A DNA stretch of 64,000 bases from the human T2T-CHM13v2.0 reference genome, Homo sapiens (GCF_009914755.1 NC_060925.1), one strand, 5' to 3'; shown: positions 1-39,596, numbered from the stretch's first letter. The notes: generated from the letters alone by a model not told the origin. Numbers and translations: made by a program.

Positions 1-1156
<1,156 letters not shown>

Positions 1157-1687
1157 TCAAAGGATGAACTAGAAGCAGCATCCCATTGGCCAGTCCAGGG
1201 ACTCCCTAAGCCAAAAGCTGAGGCTACAGCCAAACACCCCAGGCTGTAGGGGTGCATCCCAGTACCTTTATGGCCAGTGGCTGGTGCACGTCAGTCCTAA
1301 ACTTGTCCCCAAGGAAACCTCTGTTCATAGGGGGCAAGAGGACAAAGGCTGGGACTCACAAAAGGACCCAGGTCTGCTTACAGCTTACAGGAGAAACTAG
1401 ACTCTACAAAAAGATTACCAAAAAGATCTGAGAAGGCCCAGCAGGAATAAGCAATGATCAGATGTGGCTGCCTATTGCTGTTTACACACTTCTCATCCAA
1501 TTACCATGGGTTAGTTTCCCTGACCATCACCTGCTTTCATCAAAATATCAAAGGCAAACAGTGATGTCTTTGATTTTTTTATCCACAACTTAACTTCTGT
1601 GCTCTTATTATACTGAAAACTGTCTTTTGTAAGATAATTAAAGTTATCCTTCATAACAAAAGTAAATCTCTCTCACCACTCTGCTAG

Positions 1688-2881
<1,194 letters not shown>

Positions 2882-3070
2882 ATTATAAGAGTATACAAGG
2901 TGGTGATGAAGAAACCTGGGATTACGTGCTGTGAAATGGGGATAACAGCAATTCTAACTTCATAGTTTTCTCATGGTAATTAAATGACACAAAATCATGT
3001 TAAGTTCCAAGACAAGAGTCTGGTGCATTTTAAGTGCTCAGTAAATACTAGCAATTATTAATTGTTGTTA

Positions 3071-3328
<258 letters not shown>

Positions 3329-3585
3329 TCAAATTAACTGCCATTACCCAAAACCAATCCTCATAATAGTGACTGCTTTTCCCCATAGCTGTGTCTCCCC
3401 AACAGCCCCAAACCCCTTGTCCCTGTCTCTTTCTCCCCATGCTTTCCTGTCCCACAGGCCTCTTCCTTGCTGGCTTAGAGTTTCTGAGAGGCCAGACATG
3501 AGTTCACAGTGAATCAAAGGAAGGAGAAACAGCCAACCACTCAGTAGTGATGTGGAACCACAGGACAGATCTGCCCCCTACCCTA

Positions 3586-3873
<288 letters not shown>

Positions 3874-4105
3874 TCAGCTGGGCTGAGAGCTCTGGGATCA
3901 GTAGGCAGATGGCCAGCCACGCTCAGACACCCCACTCCCAGCTGATGATCCCACCACCACCCAGGGCCCTAACAGCCTTGTTGAGAGGAAGTTGTGATTC
4001 AAGTCCTGTATTTCTCTCTTCTTCTCCAGCCCTTCCCCATATCCCCACCTTCCAGCCCTCCCTCCTGCAGGCTGGTGGCCAGCCACACTCCACACCTCAC
4101 CCTCA

Positions 4106-4420
<315 letters not shown>

Positions 4421-4982
4421 TCAGGGTTCATCTCAGCTCCGTGAATAGAAAAGCCCTAGGAAGTCAAAAGCACACTCAGAAGACTCCAACACATACTTGC
4501 TGGAAGACGATGCTCCATGCATCTTGTGTGCTGCTCACCTATGAGCAGAGGCACTGACTGTCTTGGCTTCACACTATCTTTTCAAAGAGTTTGTAGAGCA
4601 AATAGTCTTAGAAGAGACAGAGATGGTATCTCCCTCTCGACAGTGCCACCCTGTGGCCACGAGAGGCCAGAAATCAGCACACGCCACATCTGATTCTACA
4701 GCAGGATAGGGCCTCTGTGCAGCTCAGAGCAAAGGTTGTGCCCACTTCATAAGATTCAGCTTCCCTAAGCTCAGAGTTCCCCTCCTGTTCACAAGCTTGC
4801 AGGAGACTGGCTCCACGGTGGCATCCTGGTGACCTTGCACATTTGCGCATAGGCCACATAGGGACAGCTGACCTAAGTCTTGGCAGAAAGCCTGTGGTCT
4901 TCCCCAAACATGGAAAGATGGGAACCTTGTGAGGAGCTGCAACAAGGTCACTTCTCACCCCCCTTCCCATCTTTCGTGGAGG

Positions 4983-5483
4983 CTGTCATGAGACAGCTGT
5001 CATAACTGTGTCATCATCTCCTGGGTTCTGAAGAGGTATGAGGCTTTTTGCCTCACTCACCCCCACCCCGTAGGGTACACAGGCTATGAAACAGCTATGG
5101 CAGCATGGACTGGCTCCTCAGCCACTGCCCATGTTGTGTTGTCACTCGCCCTCTTTTCTGTGCTGTCTTGTGGGGCAAGGGATGGGAAAAGCTGACACTT
5201 TTGCCGATCTTGAACTTGCTAGCTATGTGAGTAATAAACTCTCTGGCTCTAAAAAGGGTTTGTTGTTTCCTTGCCAGCCACATTTGTCAGCCAGCTTGAC
5301 AAACCCACTACTTGGGCAGATGTCACCTGGCCCAGTACAAGAAAATGCTGATGCTCTGGCTACTGCTATTTCTGTGATTAATAAAGCTCTTTGTCTCTGG
5401 CTCGGGAGTTTCAGGTTTTCTGCCAGCATCTATAAACCTGGGGCAAGTAGGGGCAAATCTCAGACGCATCACAGTTCTTGCCA
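4983..5483 (+). mobile_element. Old ERVL-type solo LTR (LTR40-like)
   Basis: The 3' end AATAAAGCTCTTTGTCTCTGG...GCAAGTAGGGGCAAATCTCAGACGCATCACAGTTCTTGCCA resembles the recalled LTR40 consensus. The left boundary is approximate. Confidence 0.5.
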
Positions 5484-5704
5484 CCACCATAAGCGTCACC
5501 AGGAACACTGCATTCTCTCTGTGTTCAGAAGACTTTGTGACTGGAATGGGACACAAAAGCCTCAAAATTCCCACTAGAAACCTCCTTGAGTAGGAGCTGG
5601 GGGCAGAACAGGCTCCATATGGATATGTCCCTCCTGATTTCCATGACTGGGCTCTGTTGAGCTAAAAAGTGGCTTCAAAGAGAGAATGCTGAGTTGGTTC
5701 ATTA

Positions 5705-5845
<141 letters not shown>

Positions 5846-6519
5846 TCATTAGAAGTCTGACCACTGAGGCCATCTTTCCTGGCCAATCTCTGCCCCTGTA
5901 TCAACTCATCACTCTGCTCTGAAGTCCCAGGAGGTCAGGGATTCCCTATGCTAAGACGGTCTGATCCAACAGCTGGTATAGGTTAAACACCTGGAATCTT
6001 CCACTCGACTAATTTTAATTAAATACCTACTGTGTGAACTACCTAGACACCGGACAAAGACAATTTGACACATTTCTTCAAGAGACTACATTCTACAAGG
6101 AAGGAGCACATGGAAAGGGACCCAACTGAGATGGGAGGGCAAACCCACTAACGGGGGTGAGGCCTGGGAACTGCTGGGGAAGGGACCAGCTGTAACTCAG
6201 AGCAGGCTGATTTTGATGGGAGAATGGGAGCTGGCTACAGGACAGGAAGGAAAGGGGAGAGTACACCCCAGGAAGAGAAGAAAGCACATGAGATGGCCTG
6301 AAGCAATAACAGAGCCCAGCCCAGCCCAGCCTGCCAAAAACTACAGGTCAGTCGCTTATTGTGGCTGGAACATATGTTGTAATACAAAGAAGTCTGGAAA
6401 CCAAAGCTGAAAAATTAACAGAGGCCAGTGGATGAAGGGCCATGTATATAAGTCTAAAAGCCTAGAAATCATTCCAAAAGCCTGGCAGAGCGGGAAAAAG
6501 TGTAAAATTACAGGACTCA

Positions 6520-6812
<293 letters not shown>

Positions 6813-7476
6813 TTACAGGACTCAAGGTAAAATCCAGACAAACCCTGATGACAGTGCCTCCTTGAGCAGACACTTAACATCTCTGATCCTTTTTCTTCAT
6901 CTTTAAGATGTCATTAATAACTTCTTTATACGCATGGAGATCAAATGAGATGACATATGTAAATGTGCTTTTTTTAACTGATGGATTGAAATAAACAATA
7001 AACCCAGTATCAATGAAAAAATATCACTATTGTGCCTACTGGAAGAATAGAATTGTGAGGATTCTATTCTCACAATATCCTCCTCTGCGACTAGAGGAGG
7101 GTGTACCCTGGACACAGCACTGATCACCCAGCTGCCTCTGGAGATCCCAAGGCCAAGGCCACAAGAGCAGCTGAGCAGGGACACAGTTCTTACTCTCTCA
7201 CCCCATGAACCCCTCACAGCCACAGAAGCAGAGAATCAAGCCCTAGGAAATACCTGAGCTAACACCCTGACTGCTTCAGACCAGACCCCAGGAGAGGCCA
7301 GAAATCAGCACCCAGTCCACACCTCAAGTTGGCTGCCTAGCCTGGGTTCCCTGCCTCTCCAGAACTTCCCCTTTGACCCTTGACTTCAGAGCCCTGCCCA
7401 GCTCTACTCCCTCCAGGCCCTGCACAGCAGAGGGGAGCCCAGGAAACTGCAGCTCCTACTCTCAGAAGCCATTTAC

Positions 7477-7540
7477 CTGCACTGCACCCACTGGTGGCCA
7501 CAGAGAAGAATAACAGGAAGCAGAGTCTGGTCATTGTCCT
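7477..7540 (-). CDS. ITLN2: Intelectin-2 exon 2, signal peptide (RTMTRLCFLLFFSVATSGCSA)
   Basis: Acceptor TTTTCCTTAG| and donor |GTAAAT; 64 nt; hydrophobic signal peptide. Confidence 0.96.
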
Positions 7541-7816
7541 CTAAGGAAAAACAAGATGCACAAGGTCACTGGCTGGCCCTTCCTTTGTCATCCTCTCGTT
7601 CTTACTTCCTAACCTTTCTGAGTCAGGAATCCTCAAATGGAAAGTGATGGGCTCATGAGCATTCTAAAACCTCCTGGAATATGCCCCACGGCTGTCCAAC
7701 ACTACAAATACCCAAGGGGCCATGGGCTCATTTCCCTGAAACTCTAAATCTCTAAAACTGAGACCTGAGCTGGCATCATTGCTCCCACACACATGGATCA
7801 AAAACATTTTTCTCAC

Positions 7817-7831
7817 CAGCATGGACAGCAT
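7817..7831 (-). CDS. ITLN2: Intelectin-2 exon 1, coding part (MLSML); the 5'UTR extends to about 7897
   Basis: Reads AAGG ATG CTG TCC ATG CTG|GTGAGA and is in frame with exon 2. Confidence 0.88.
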
Positions 7832-7894
7832 CCTTACAGATGCCAGGAGCTGATAGTTCCCTTCCTGTGGACACTCGGAGCTCCCCTGCAGAGG

Positions 7895-7935
7895 ATCCTG
7901 ATGAAGGGTGAAGTGCTGGTCCCTTTATGTGGAGA
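7895..7935 (-). promoter_or_regulatory. ITLN2: ITLN2 core promoter with TATA-like CATAAA box
   Basis: CATAAA on the minus strand at 7924-7929, about 30 nt upstream of the expected start of exon 1. Confidence 0.55.
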
Positions 7936-8338
7936 GCTGTGGAGAGCCAAACCACCTGAGCCCTGCCCAGCCCAACCCTGAGCAGCCTAGGCTGCTAGCC
8001 CCTCCCTCTGAAGCCCTTCCCTCTGAGGGTACCTGAGCCTGGGACCGTGGAAATGAGAAAGGACGTGCGACTGGCTGGAGGAGCAGGGAGCTGTGTTCCT
8101 GGCCACACAGGTGACTGTCGCCATCTGAGGAGGGGCATCCTGCTTTGCCAAGGCAGGCCATACAATGTAGCAGTATCTAATCAGATTCGTGGATAGGTCA
8201 CAATCCTCCCCTGCGTTCTCCCTCTCCCACCTCCCCCAGATGCCCTGGCCCCCTAGACACAACTCTGTCAAGAAATCATCCTTTTAGACTGAGGTGACAC
8301 CTCATGAAAAATAAATTAATTAATTAAGAATAATAATT

Positions 8339-13790
<5,452 letters not shown>

Positions 13791-14214
13791 CTAATTATTC
13801 CATTTGGGACTGCTTTTTGATTGTAAAAATAAATCTTATGTTCTTTTGTGCTAAATATCTCCTCCATTGGTGGTGTTTCAATTGTCTGGTAAGAGAAATG
13901 CAAAATTCCTAGGAAAAGCCCACACCTGCAGATGCAGGCCATTCCTGCTGGAAATCGTATCGTTGGAGAGGCTAGGAGATGGAGTAACCCATGAGTGCCT
14001 AAACTACAGGCACCTTGGTCTTTAGAGGCTGTGTTAGACCAGGAGAGAAAGAGTGAGGCAGGGTGTACAGAAGTTACCCTCACCTGGAACCTTCACAACC
14101 TTCACTACCACCTACTTACAATTCATCATCCCCACTCTGCCCAAGAGTCCTAGGGGGAAGGCTGTCCCTTCAAGAAGTCTGTGTTTCCTCATAGGTAAAA
14201 TAGGGGTAGCAATT

Positions 14215-14464
14215 CAGGTCCACATTTCCTTGTCCAAAACTCTGCACCAGGTGAGTTTTAGAATTCAAAAAGTTAAAGATTTGCAAAAGAAACAGTTCAT
14301 ATATACCATATATACATACCATATATAGCTACCATATATGGCTAACATACCATATATACCATATATAGCTAACATCTCCAAGAGAATCTAACGCAACCCT
14401 TGTAATAGAATATGGTATAGCTTTTTTGGAATTTTAGAATTGTGGGTAAGGAATTGTGGACTTG
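14215..14464. mobile_element. MER46C-like Tigger/TcMar DNA transposon inserted in a MIR
   Basis: Terminal inverted repeats CAGGTCCACATTTCCTT ... AAGGAATTGTGGACTTG, with an internal short ATACCATAT tandem at about 14302-14370. Confidence 0.65.
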
Positions 14465-14574
14465 TACTGACCTTATAGAACTGTTGCAAGGTTCAAATAA
14501 CCATGCACTTTGTACACTATAAAACATTAAGAAAACATTAGATCATATTAATTTCTTTATCATTGTTGGGCTCA

Positions 14575-14790
14575 CCTTCTGCTCCCTAAGGCCTGCTCCC
14601 CAGATACTGTGGCATCAAAGGGAAGCCCTCCTGAATATGCCTTTTGTGTCAAATGGCTGTGGGTTTGGGATGAAGGAAGGGTCAAATTACAGTAGGATCT
14701 GGGGAAAACACCGCTGGCCCAAAGTTTACTCTGCAAGTCACAAAATGCTCTGTTTCCAGGAATGATCAATTGTTCCCTAAGTTCTTGAGG
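14575..14790. repeat. Copy 1 of a local ~220-bp duplication with a GATA-like + TCF/LEF core
   Basis: 14593-14624 matches 16895-16926 at 31/32 nt. Further shared blocks are TGTCAAATGG and CTGTTTCCAG. Confidence 0.85.
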
Positions 14791-14905
14791 TCAATGCCTT
14801 CCCATTACTGTAAATTATCATGGTGATGTCAGTCCAAATTTCTAAATATTTCCCTGGCAATAAAACAAATTTCTATAGTTTTTTTCTGCAATATAAAATA
14901 CTTCT

Positions 14906-17986
<3,081 letters not shown>

Positions 17987-18139
17987 ATGTTTTGACTGCA
18001 GTTCAAAAATTGTTTCAAAACTTTGTTGCAATTTTAAAAATATTTCTCAAAATTAAAATGTTTGGAAGACTGCCCAAACAATATAAACAAATTCAATTGA
18101 AACATGCATTTAACTTTTATAAACTTATATTTATGACTC

Positions 18140-21630
<3,491 letters not shown>

Positions 21631-22204
21631 AGTTCTTATTGAAAATAATTTATGTTTGGCTGGGCGCAGTGGCTCATGCCTGTAATCTCAGCACTTTGGG
21701 AAGCTGAGGCAGGCAGATCACCTGAGGTTAGGAGTTCGAGACCAGCCTGGCCAACATGGTGAAACCCTGTCTCTACTAAAAATACAAAAAAAACTAGCTG
21801 GGCATGGTGGTGGGTGCCTGTAATCCCAGCTACTTGGGAAGCTGAAGCAGGAGAATTGCTTGAACTCGGGCAGCAGAGGTTTCAGTGAGCTGAGATCACA
21901 CCATTGCGCTCCAACCTGGGCAAAAAGAGTGAAACTCCGTTTCAAAAAATAAATAAATAAATAATGAAAATAATTTATGTTTATGATTATGTATTTTTTT
22001 AAACAGGGTCTTTCCTGTCACCCAGTCTGGAGTACAGTGGTGCGAATATGGTTCACTGCAGCTTCAACCTCCCAGGCTCAAGTGATCCTTCCACCTCAGT
22101 CTCAGCCTCCCAAGTAGCTAGGACTACAAGCATGCACCACCATACCTGGCTAATTTTTTTTTTTTCTGTAGACAGAGAACCTCACTGTGTTGCCTAGGCT
22201 AGAA

Positions 22205-22875
<671 letters not shown>

Positions 22876-22898
22876 TCAGGAAATTTTCATCAAAGGTA

Positions 22899-23431
<533 letters not shown>

Positions 23432-23769
23432 TAATATAAATCTATGTCAACCCACCATAGACAAAAATGGCACAATTAATTAGCTATGTAACTGAGCATT
23501 CTGGTGATAAAGTCAGGGTGTGATGGGATAAGTACAAGACTCAGATGAGATCATCAGGCCCCTCCATCTCCAGCTCTTCTTTTTGCGTATCTTGTCCATT
23601 CTTTACTTCTGCAGGCAGGCTGTCTCCAGGTGGCAGAGAAGATACACCTGGATGCACTCCTCACTCTATGAAAAGGGGCTTGGCCAGGGACACTAGAGCA
23701 GTGCCCTCTAAAGCACAGGACCCAAATCAGGTGCCCTTTTTGTCTGGGCCTAAGAATAGTACTACCACT

Positions 23770-24071
23770 GGCTGGGTGCAGTGTCTCACGCCTGTAATCC
23801 CAGCACTTTGGGAGGCCGAAGTGGGAGAATCACGAGGTCAGGAGATTGAGACCATCCTGGCTAACACGGTGAAACCCCGTCTCTACTAAAAATACAAAAA
23901 AAATTTAGCCTGGTGTGGTGGCGGGCTCCTGTAGTCCCAGCTACTCAGGAGGCTGAGGCAGGAGAAAGGCGTGAACCCAGGAGGCAGAGCTTGCAGTGAG
24001 CCGAGATTGCGCCACTGCACGCCAGCCTGGGCCACAGAGCAAGACCGTCTCAAAAAAAAAAAAAAAAAAAA
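23770..24071 (+). mobile_element. AluY
   Basis: AluY diagnostics and TSD AAGAATAGTACT. Confidence 0.9.
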
Positions 24072-24177
24072 GAATAGTACTGACCACCAGTTCAAGCTAT
24101 GAGTTGGAAGGCTCAGGTTCAAATCCTGTTGGTTCTGCTTCCCACATATCACTTAAAGTCTTAAACCTTCCCCTCTT

Positions 24178-24658
<481 letters not shown>

Positions 24659-24663
24659 AAGTT

Positions 24664-25226
24664 GTGTTAAAATATAGGTTTTTATGATAATTTAGGTATG
24701 GAAAGATAAATAGATCAGGAGACAACTGCAGTTTGAAAGATAGAGTGTCATACTCACAGTTCCCAAGGGAAGGGGCCATGCCACGCAAATGGCAGGAGGC
24801 AGAGCTACATGGGAAACACCGGGGTGAGTCAGGAGGCAGTGAAAGCAAGGGGGGAAAGTGGGCTAGAGCCTTTATTGTGGTTTTCACAAGAAGAAAGGAA
24901 TAGGCAAGGGAGGGTGAGCAAGTTTAGGCCTGGCTAGTTTGAATAATTTCATCAGGCTCTGGGGCACAGGGGCTGTCCCTCGTTGTCTGGTATCTGGCAC
25001 TGGATGATTAGGGCAGATGCATAGCAACCCAGAATACGAGCCTCGCTGGAGGAGTTGGTTGCATGGGCTCTGGATTGGTCGTTTTGCATATGAAAGGCAT
25101 GCTCACAGGCAAGTTGTTTGCTATCTCTAAGAATCAGCCAAACCTAGGAGAGATTGTCTGTCCAGGGTCAGCAAGGTTTAAGGTGAAGATGTCAAAGTAT
25201 CAGAAAATAAAAGGAATGGCTAATAC
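24664..25226 (-). mobile_element. ERVL solo LTR (MER74/MER73 group)
   Basis: The minus strand starts TGTATTAGCCATTCC...TTTGACATC...CCTTGCTGACCCTGG and ends in ...ACA. Confidence 0.6.
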
Positions 25227-26432
25227 AGCCTCACCCCCATAGACTGAGGTAGACACACCCTAAATATATTTCCATCACCAGATTTATTAAACTCCATTGT
25301 AAGAATTGTTTTGTTGGTCTTTTCCTGTTGGACTTAATTCTGCTGGATAGGGATTTTGTCTCCTTCATCTTTGTGCTCTCAGTTCAGAGTACAGTGTCTA
25401 GCCCAGAGCTTCTGAGCTCATGTATCATAGCACCCTGGTATGGCATAAACAGGTTACAGGTGTCCCGGGAGATGCTGATGATTGTAAATTTTTTATAGTG
25501 ATACAGAATCTAAAATTGTGTTTTCATAGGCATTTAGATTTTTACTCCAGTTAAAATTATATTTAAACATTATTTGTGTGGCTCTTTCTGTATACTTAAA
25601 TTCAGTTCTTATTATCTTGGCAAAAGACTTTAGGCATAACACCCACCATCCGAGAGTGTTCTCTATGGGCTACACCAAAGAGCATGTGCCCTGGAAATAC
25701 CAGGCAAAGAGCATCCTCCTGTGTGTCCCATGATGCAAAGGCTTGGGAGCTCTAGTCTAGCAGGATTCAAAAAAGGGATGTTAATTAAATCAAATAAGAT
25801 TGCATAAATGAATTGATGAGTGTAATCAAAGTACTTGTTTTGCCTCTTACATACTGCAAAACACTAGCCTCTCTAACCCTTGACTTTCAAGCTACAAAGA
25901 GAGAATAATGCTTATCTTATAGGACTATGAAGATAAACAAGGAATGTTATAAGTGAAAATTTAGATAAAAAGCATTATGCAAATCTAATTATTACCACAT
26001 TTGGCGTGAACCTACTGATAATTCTTCAACTTTGCCAGTCTGCCATAGATCCTGCTCTCATTAGCAAATTATTCTTCAAACTCTTTTCTACCTCAAATCC
26101 CTCTTCAAATTAAAAAAAACTTCGCGGCATCCCTTTGCCTACTCAGCCACAAGAACCTTCAACTACCTGGCTGCAACTTCCCTCTGTTCTCTGTGACAGG
26201 TCCTGGGGAGAATCCAGGGCCAACCTGGCAGGTACACCAACCACCAGGGGTGTAAAGTCCCAGGACCAAGCTGTATTAGGCAAAAGTTCACCCAGAGAAG
26301 TCGGAAGCAACAGTATAAAGGGGCAACAGATGAGGCAAGGAGCCAAACTGTAGAGCTGTAGGAGCATCAATGTCAGGGTTAGAGGCAAAGTAAGGACATA
26401 AGTCATGTGTTTTCATCAAGATGGGCTCTGTG

Positions 26433-27735
<1,303 letters not shown>

Positions 27736-28797
27736 GAAGTGGAGTCCTTTTCCCTCTCCCTAAATATGGGCTGACATTGTGATCTTCTTTGACCAATAGA
27801 ATGTCATGGCAATAATGAAGGTGCAGTTTAGCCCATAAGAAGTGGTACCTTCTGTTTGGCTCTCTTGGAACCCAGCCTCCATGTTGTAAGGAAGTCCAAG
27901 GTATATTGCTGAAAAAAGAGGGGCCATGTAATGAGGCCCTGGAGGATGAGACACCGTATGGACAGAGGCATGTGGTGGAGAGCTGAGGAACCCCCGCCCA
28001 GTTTCCAGCTGAATGCAGCCACATGAGTGACCCCAGCTGAGAATGTGTGTTAGTCAATATACAGAATCTGGAGAAATAACACACATGTCCATCAACCGAT
28101 GAACAGATACATAAAATACGGCAAATCTATATAATTATTATTTGGAAATTAAGCACTGATACATGCTACAAAACAGACTAAACACTCATGTGAAAGTCCA
28201 GAATAGACAAATAGACAAATCATAGAGACAGAAAGTAAGAAGATTAGTAGTTGCCTAGGACTATGGTGGAGAGAAGAGAAATGGAGCGTGACAGCTAATG
28301 GGGAGGTGGTTTCTGTTTAGGGTGATGAAAATGTTCTAAAATTGATTGTGGTAATGGTCACACAACTCTGTAAATACACTTAAAAGCATTCAATTGTAAC
28401 TTACAATGGGTGCTTTATATGGTATGGGAATTATATCCCAATAGTATTTTTTTTTAATCAAGGTAAACAATATACCCTCAGAACTCTTAGAAAAAATTAT
28501 CCTAAACTTGGAAAAAAGGCAAAGGGATAAATGAATGTTGTTTCAATGTCGTACAGAAGTGTGGTCCCAGAGACGCCCACGGATTATGGAATTCTCTAGT
28601 TCTACACTGTCTGATTCTGTAGTCACAAGCCACTTGTGATTATTGAGCACGTGAAATGTGGATAAGGCACCAAATATTTTATTTTAAGAACCAATACTCT
28701 GTTCAGTTATTGGAAAAGTTTTAAGTATGTTTTTACTTTTATTTGGAACAACTTTTTCAACTGTAAATTTTATGAAACCTAAATGTAGATCAATTAT

Positions 28798-29706
<909 letters not shown>

Positions 29707-29836
29707 CTATTTCTGATGGAAGTTTAGGATACAAATTTAGATGAGCTGTGAGTGTTAAATATACACTGGATTTTGAAGACTTAGAAAAAAAGGAATGCTG
29801 TGATATAAACTTAATATGTTTATATGTATATTTAAG

Positions 29837-29867
29837 TATATATATATATATACATATATATATACAC

Positions 29868-29918
<51 letters not shown>
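29837..29918. repeat. (TA)n microsatellite with CA interruptions at the tail of an antisense Alu
   Basis: Read directly from the sequence. Confidence 0.95.
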
Positions 29919-33750
<3,832 letters not shown>

Positions 33751-33787
33751 AAAAGTCTATTCAATAGGCATCATCCTTAAGTACAGC

Positions 33788-34157
33788 TGTATCAGTTCGT
33801 AACACAACCACAGACTGAGTGGCTTAAATAACAGAAATTTATTGTCTCACAGTTCTGGGGGCTAGAAATCCAAGATCAAGGTGTCAGCATGTTTGGTTTC
33901 TTCTGAGGCCTCTCTCCTTGGCCTGCAGATGGCCATCCTCTTGCTATTCCTCATGCAGTCGACCCTTGGTCTGTATTAGTGTCTTAATCTCTTATAAGAA
34001 CACCAGTCACATTGGATTCGAGCCCACCCTAATGACCTCATTTAACCTTAATAACCTCTTTAAAGGCCCCATGTCCAAATACAGTCACACTCTCAAAGGT
34101 ACTGAAGGTTAGAACTTGAACCTAAGGGTTTGAGGGGACAAAATTCAGCCCAAAACA
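33788..34157 (-). mobile_element. MLT1A/B-type MaLR LTR
   Basis: Contains GGCTTAAATAACAGAAATTTATTGTCTCACAGTTCTGG...AAATCCAAGATCAAGGTGTCAGCA. Confidence 0.8.
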
Positions 34158-34337
34158 CCAGTGTTAGTGATAATATTTGTTACAATTTTTGACATTAAAG
34201 TGTAAAAGTCTCCTGGAGGGATCCTATTGGGAAAATCATGTTCCAAATAAGCACAAAATAATTAGAGGGAAAAAGCCCTCTTTACACTGCCTCCCAAAAG
34301 ACATTGAAAGGGGATAAATCCTTAATCTCAGTAATAC

Positions 34338-34620
34338 TTTTTTTTATTTTTCTTATTTTTTTGAGACGGAGTCTCACATTGTCGCCCAGGCTGGAGTGCA
34401 GTGGCCGATCTCGGCTCACTGCAAACTCCGCCTCCCAGGTTCACGCCATTCTCCTGCCTCAGCCGCCCGCCACCTTGCCCGGTTAATTTTTTTGTATTTT
34501 TAGTAGAGACGGGGTTTCACTGTGGTAGCCAGGATGGTCTCGATCCCCTGACCTCGTGATCCCCCCGCCTCGGCCTCCCAAAGTGCTAGGATTACAGGCG
34601 TGAGCCACCGCGCCCAGCCA
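34338..34620 (-). mobile_element. AluY with a ~24-nt internal deletion
   Basis: CCTCAGCC is joined directly to GCCCGCCACC; the TSD is AGTAATACTTTT. Confidence 0.85.
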
Positions 34621-34923
34621 GTAATACTTTTTATAATCCCCTTTCTCTTCTCCCTCATTTTCTCCAATCCCGCTCCCCTAACCCACAGAATCCAGTTGCG
34701 CACCCTAGTTCCCAGGGCGGGTCCCCAGCCCTCGGCTCTTTGCAATGTAAATTAAGTCAGCTTCCCCGTAAATACCTTGCGCTGGCCTCTCCCAGGCTTT
34801 TCAGTTCTGCCCTTTCTATAATTCTGCATCACAAAAGTTCAGAACCAGTCTGGCCAGGATCTACTCTCCCAGAGATGGGAAGTGGGACGCAGTCGCTGCA
34901 AGGTATCAGAAATGGGGTCGGGA

Positions 34924-35026
34924 CAGGAGGCGCAGCTTGCAGTGAGCCGAGATAGCGCCACTGCACTCCAGCCTGGGCGAAAAAGCGAGACTCCATTTCA
35001 AAAAAAAGAAAAGAAAAGAAAAAAAA
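34924..35026 (+). mobile_element. 5'-truncated AluY (3' ~75 nt plus tail)
   Basis: Perfect 16-bp TSD AGAAATGGGGTCGGGA at 34908-34923 and 35027-35042. Confidence 0.9.
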
Positions 35027-35456
35027 AGAAATGGGGTCGGGAAGCCTGGAGGAGGGGACGCGGCGGCGCCCCTGCACTCACCCACACCTCCAAACCCTGC
35101 GCAGAGAACATCCCCGCGCGTCCCCGCTGCCCCGCTTCAAGCCTAGCGCATGGCTCCTCCCCGTGCCTTGAAGATGCCACGGGGCTGAGCCACCTTGCAC
35201 AAAAAGATTTGGAACCCACACCTTCTTAGAATCAAGGCCTGGGGATTAAAGCCCCTCCACGATTAGGTCTTCCGCCCCAAGGGAGAGCAAGAAGACGAGC
35301 GGCCACTCGGTGTCCCCCTGAGCCGTATCCAGGGCCACTCGGGGCTCAGCCAGACCGCGAGGTCTTGGTGTTCGTTCCTCCCTAACTTGGCCGTGGGGCG
35401 GCACAGCAGGCTTCCTGGCCCCAGCGCTTCCCCTTAGGGCCAGATTGGCCTCCGAG

Positions 35457-35915
35457 TGTAGCAGGACTAGCCACAGACAAAACTCCTCAGACACCGAGTT
35501 AAAGAAGGAAGGGGTTTATTCAGCGAGGGCCATTGGCAAGACTCCTGTCTCAAGAGCCGAGATCCCCAAGTGAGCAATTCCTGTCCTTTTTAAGGGCTCA
35601 CAACTCTAAGGGGGTGCGTGTGAGAGGGTGGTGATTGATTGAGCAAGCAGGGGGTACATGACCGGGGGCTGCACGCACTGGTAATTAGATCAGAACAAAA
35701 CAGGATAGCGATTTTCACAATGCATTTCTATACAATGTCTGTAATCTATAGATAACATAACCGATTAGGTCAGGGGTCGATCTTTAACTACCAGGCCCAG
35801 GGTGCGGCCTGGGCTGTCGGCCTGTGGATTTCATTTCTGCCTTTTAGTTTTTACTTCTTTTTTTTGGAGGCAGAAATTGGGCATAAGACGATATGAGGGG
35901 TGGTCTCCTCCCTTA
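35457..35915 (-). mobile_element. Solo LTR2 (HERV-E/Harlequin)
   Basis: The minus strand reads TAAGGGAGGAGACCACCCCTCATAT...AATAAACCCCTTCCTTCTTTAACTCGGTGTCTGAGGAG...CCTGCTACA. The flanks CGAG/GGAG match at 3 of 4 positions as a TSD. Confidence 0.88.
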
Positions 35916-36007
35916 GGAGGAAGCGAATTAGCTGACGTAGTCTCCAGCCAGAGGCTCGGCTAGCTCCGTGAGAAGCGATCCCCGTGGGATCTTAAGAACA
36001 CCCTCGA

Positions 36008-37847
<1,840 letters not shown>

Positions 37848-38087
37848 ATCCTCAATCAAATGAACTTCAGGCCAGCCAAACCTGTCTTCTGCCCTGCTGC
37901 TGACTGCTAGCTCTGACAGCTTCCATTAGGTAGTTGAAAGATAATTTAAGGTATATTATTCTCACCACAAAGAAATAATATTTGCTGTGATGTATATGTT
38001 AATTAGCTTGATTTGATCATTCCACAATGTATACAAGTATCAACATATCACTTGTACCTCATAAATATATGCAATTAGTATTTGTCA

Positions 38088-39596
<1,509 letters not shown>

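Larger units (their letters stand above)
34640..36000. promoter_or_regulatory. CpG-rich promoter-like island with no coding exon attached
   Basis: High local CpG. GC boxes at 34715-34721, 35272-35278 and 35395-35401; ATTGG (CCAAT) at 35444-35448; GGAAG and TGACGTA at 35919-35939. Confidence 0.55.

Noticed and set aside
8100-8330. CAGATG E-boxes and an AT-rich TTAATTAATTAA in the ITLN2 proximal promoter
   Set aside because: Short motifs at chance frequency with no independent support from the sequence.
23618-23638. CTCF-like TCTCCAGGTGGCAG
   Set aside because: It mismatches the 5' CCAC core and is too weak to call without ChIP data.
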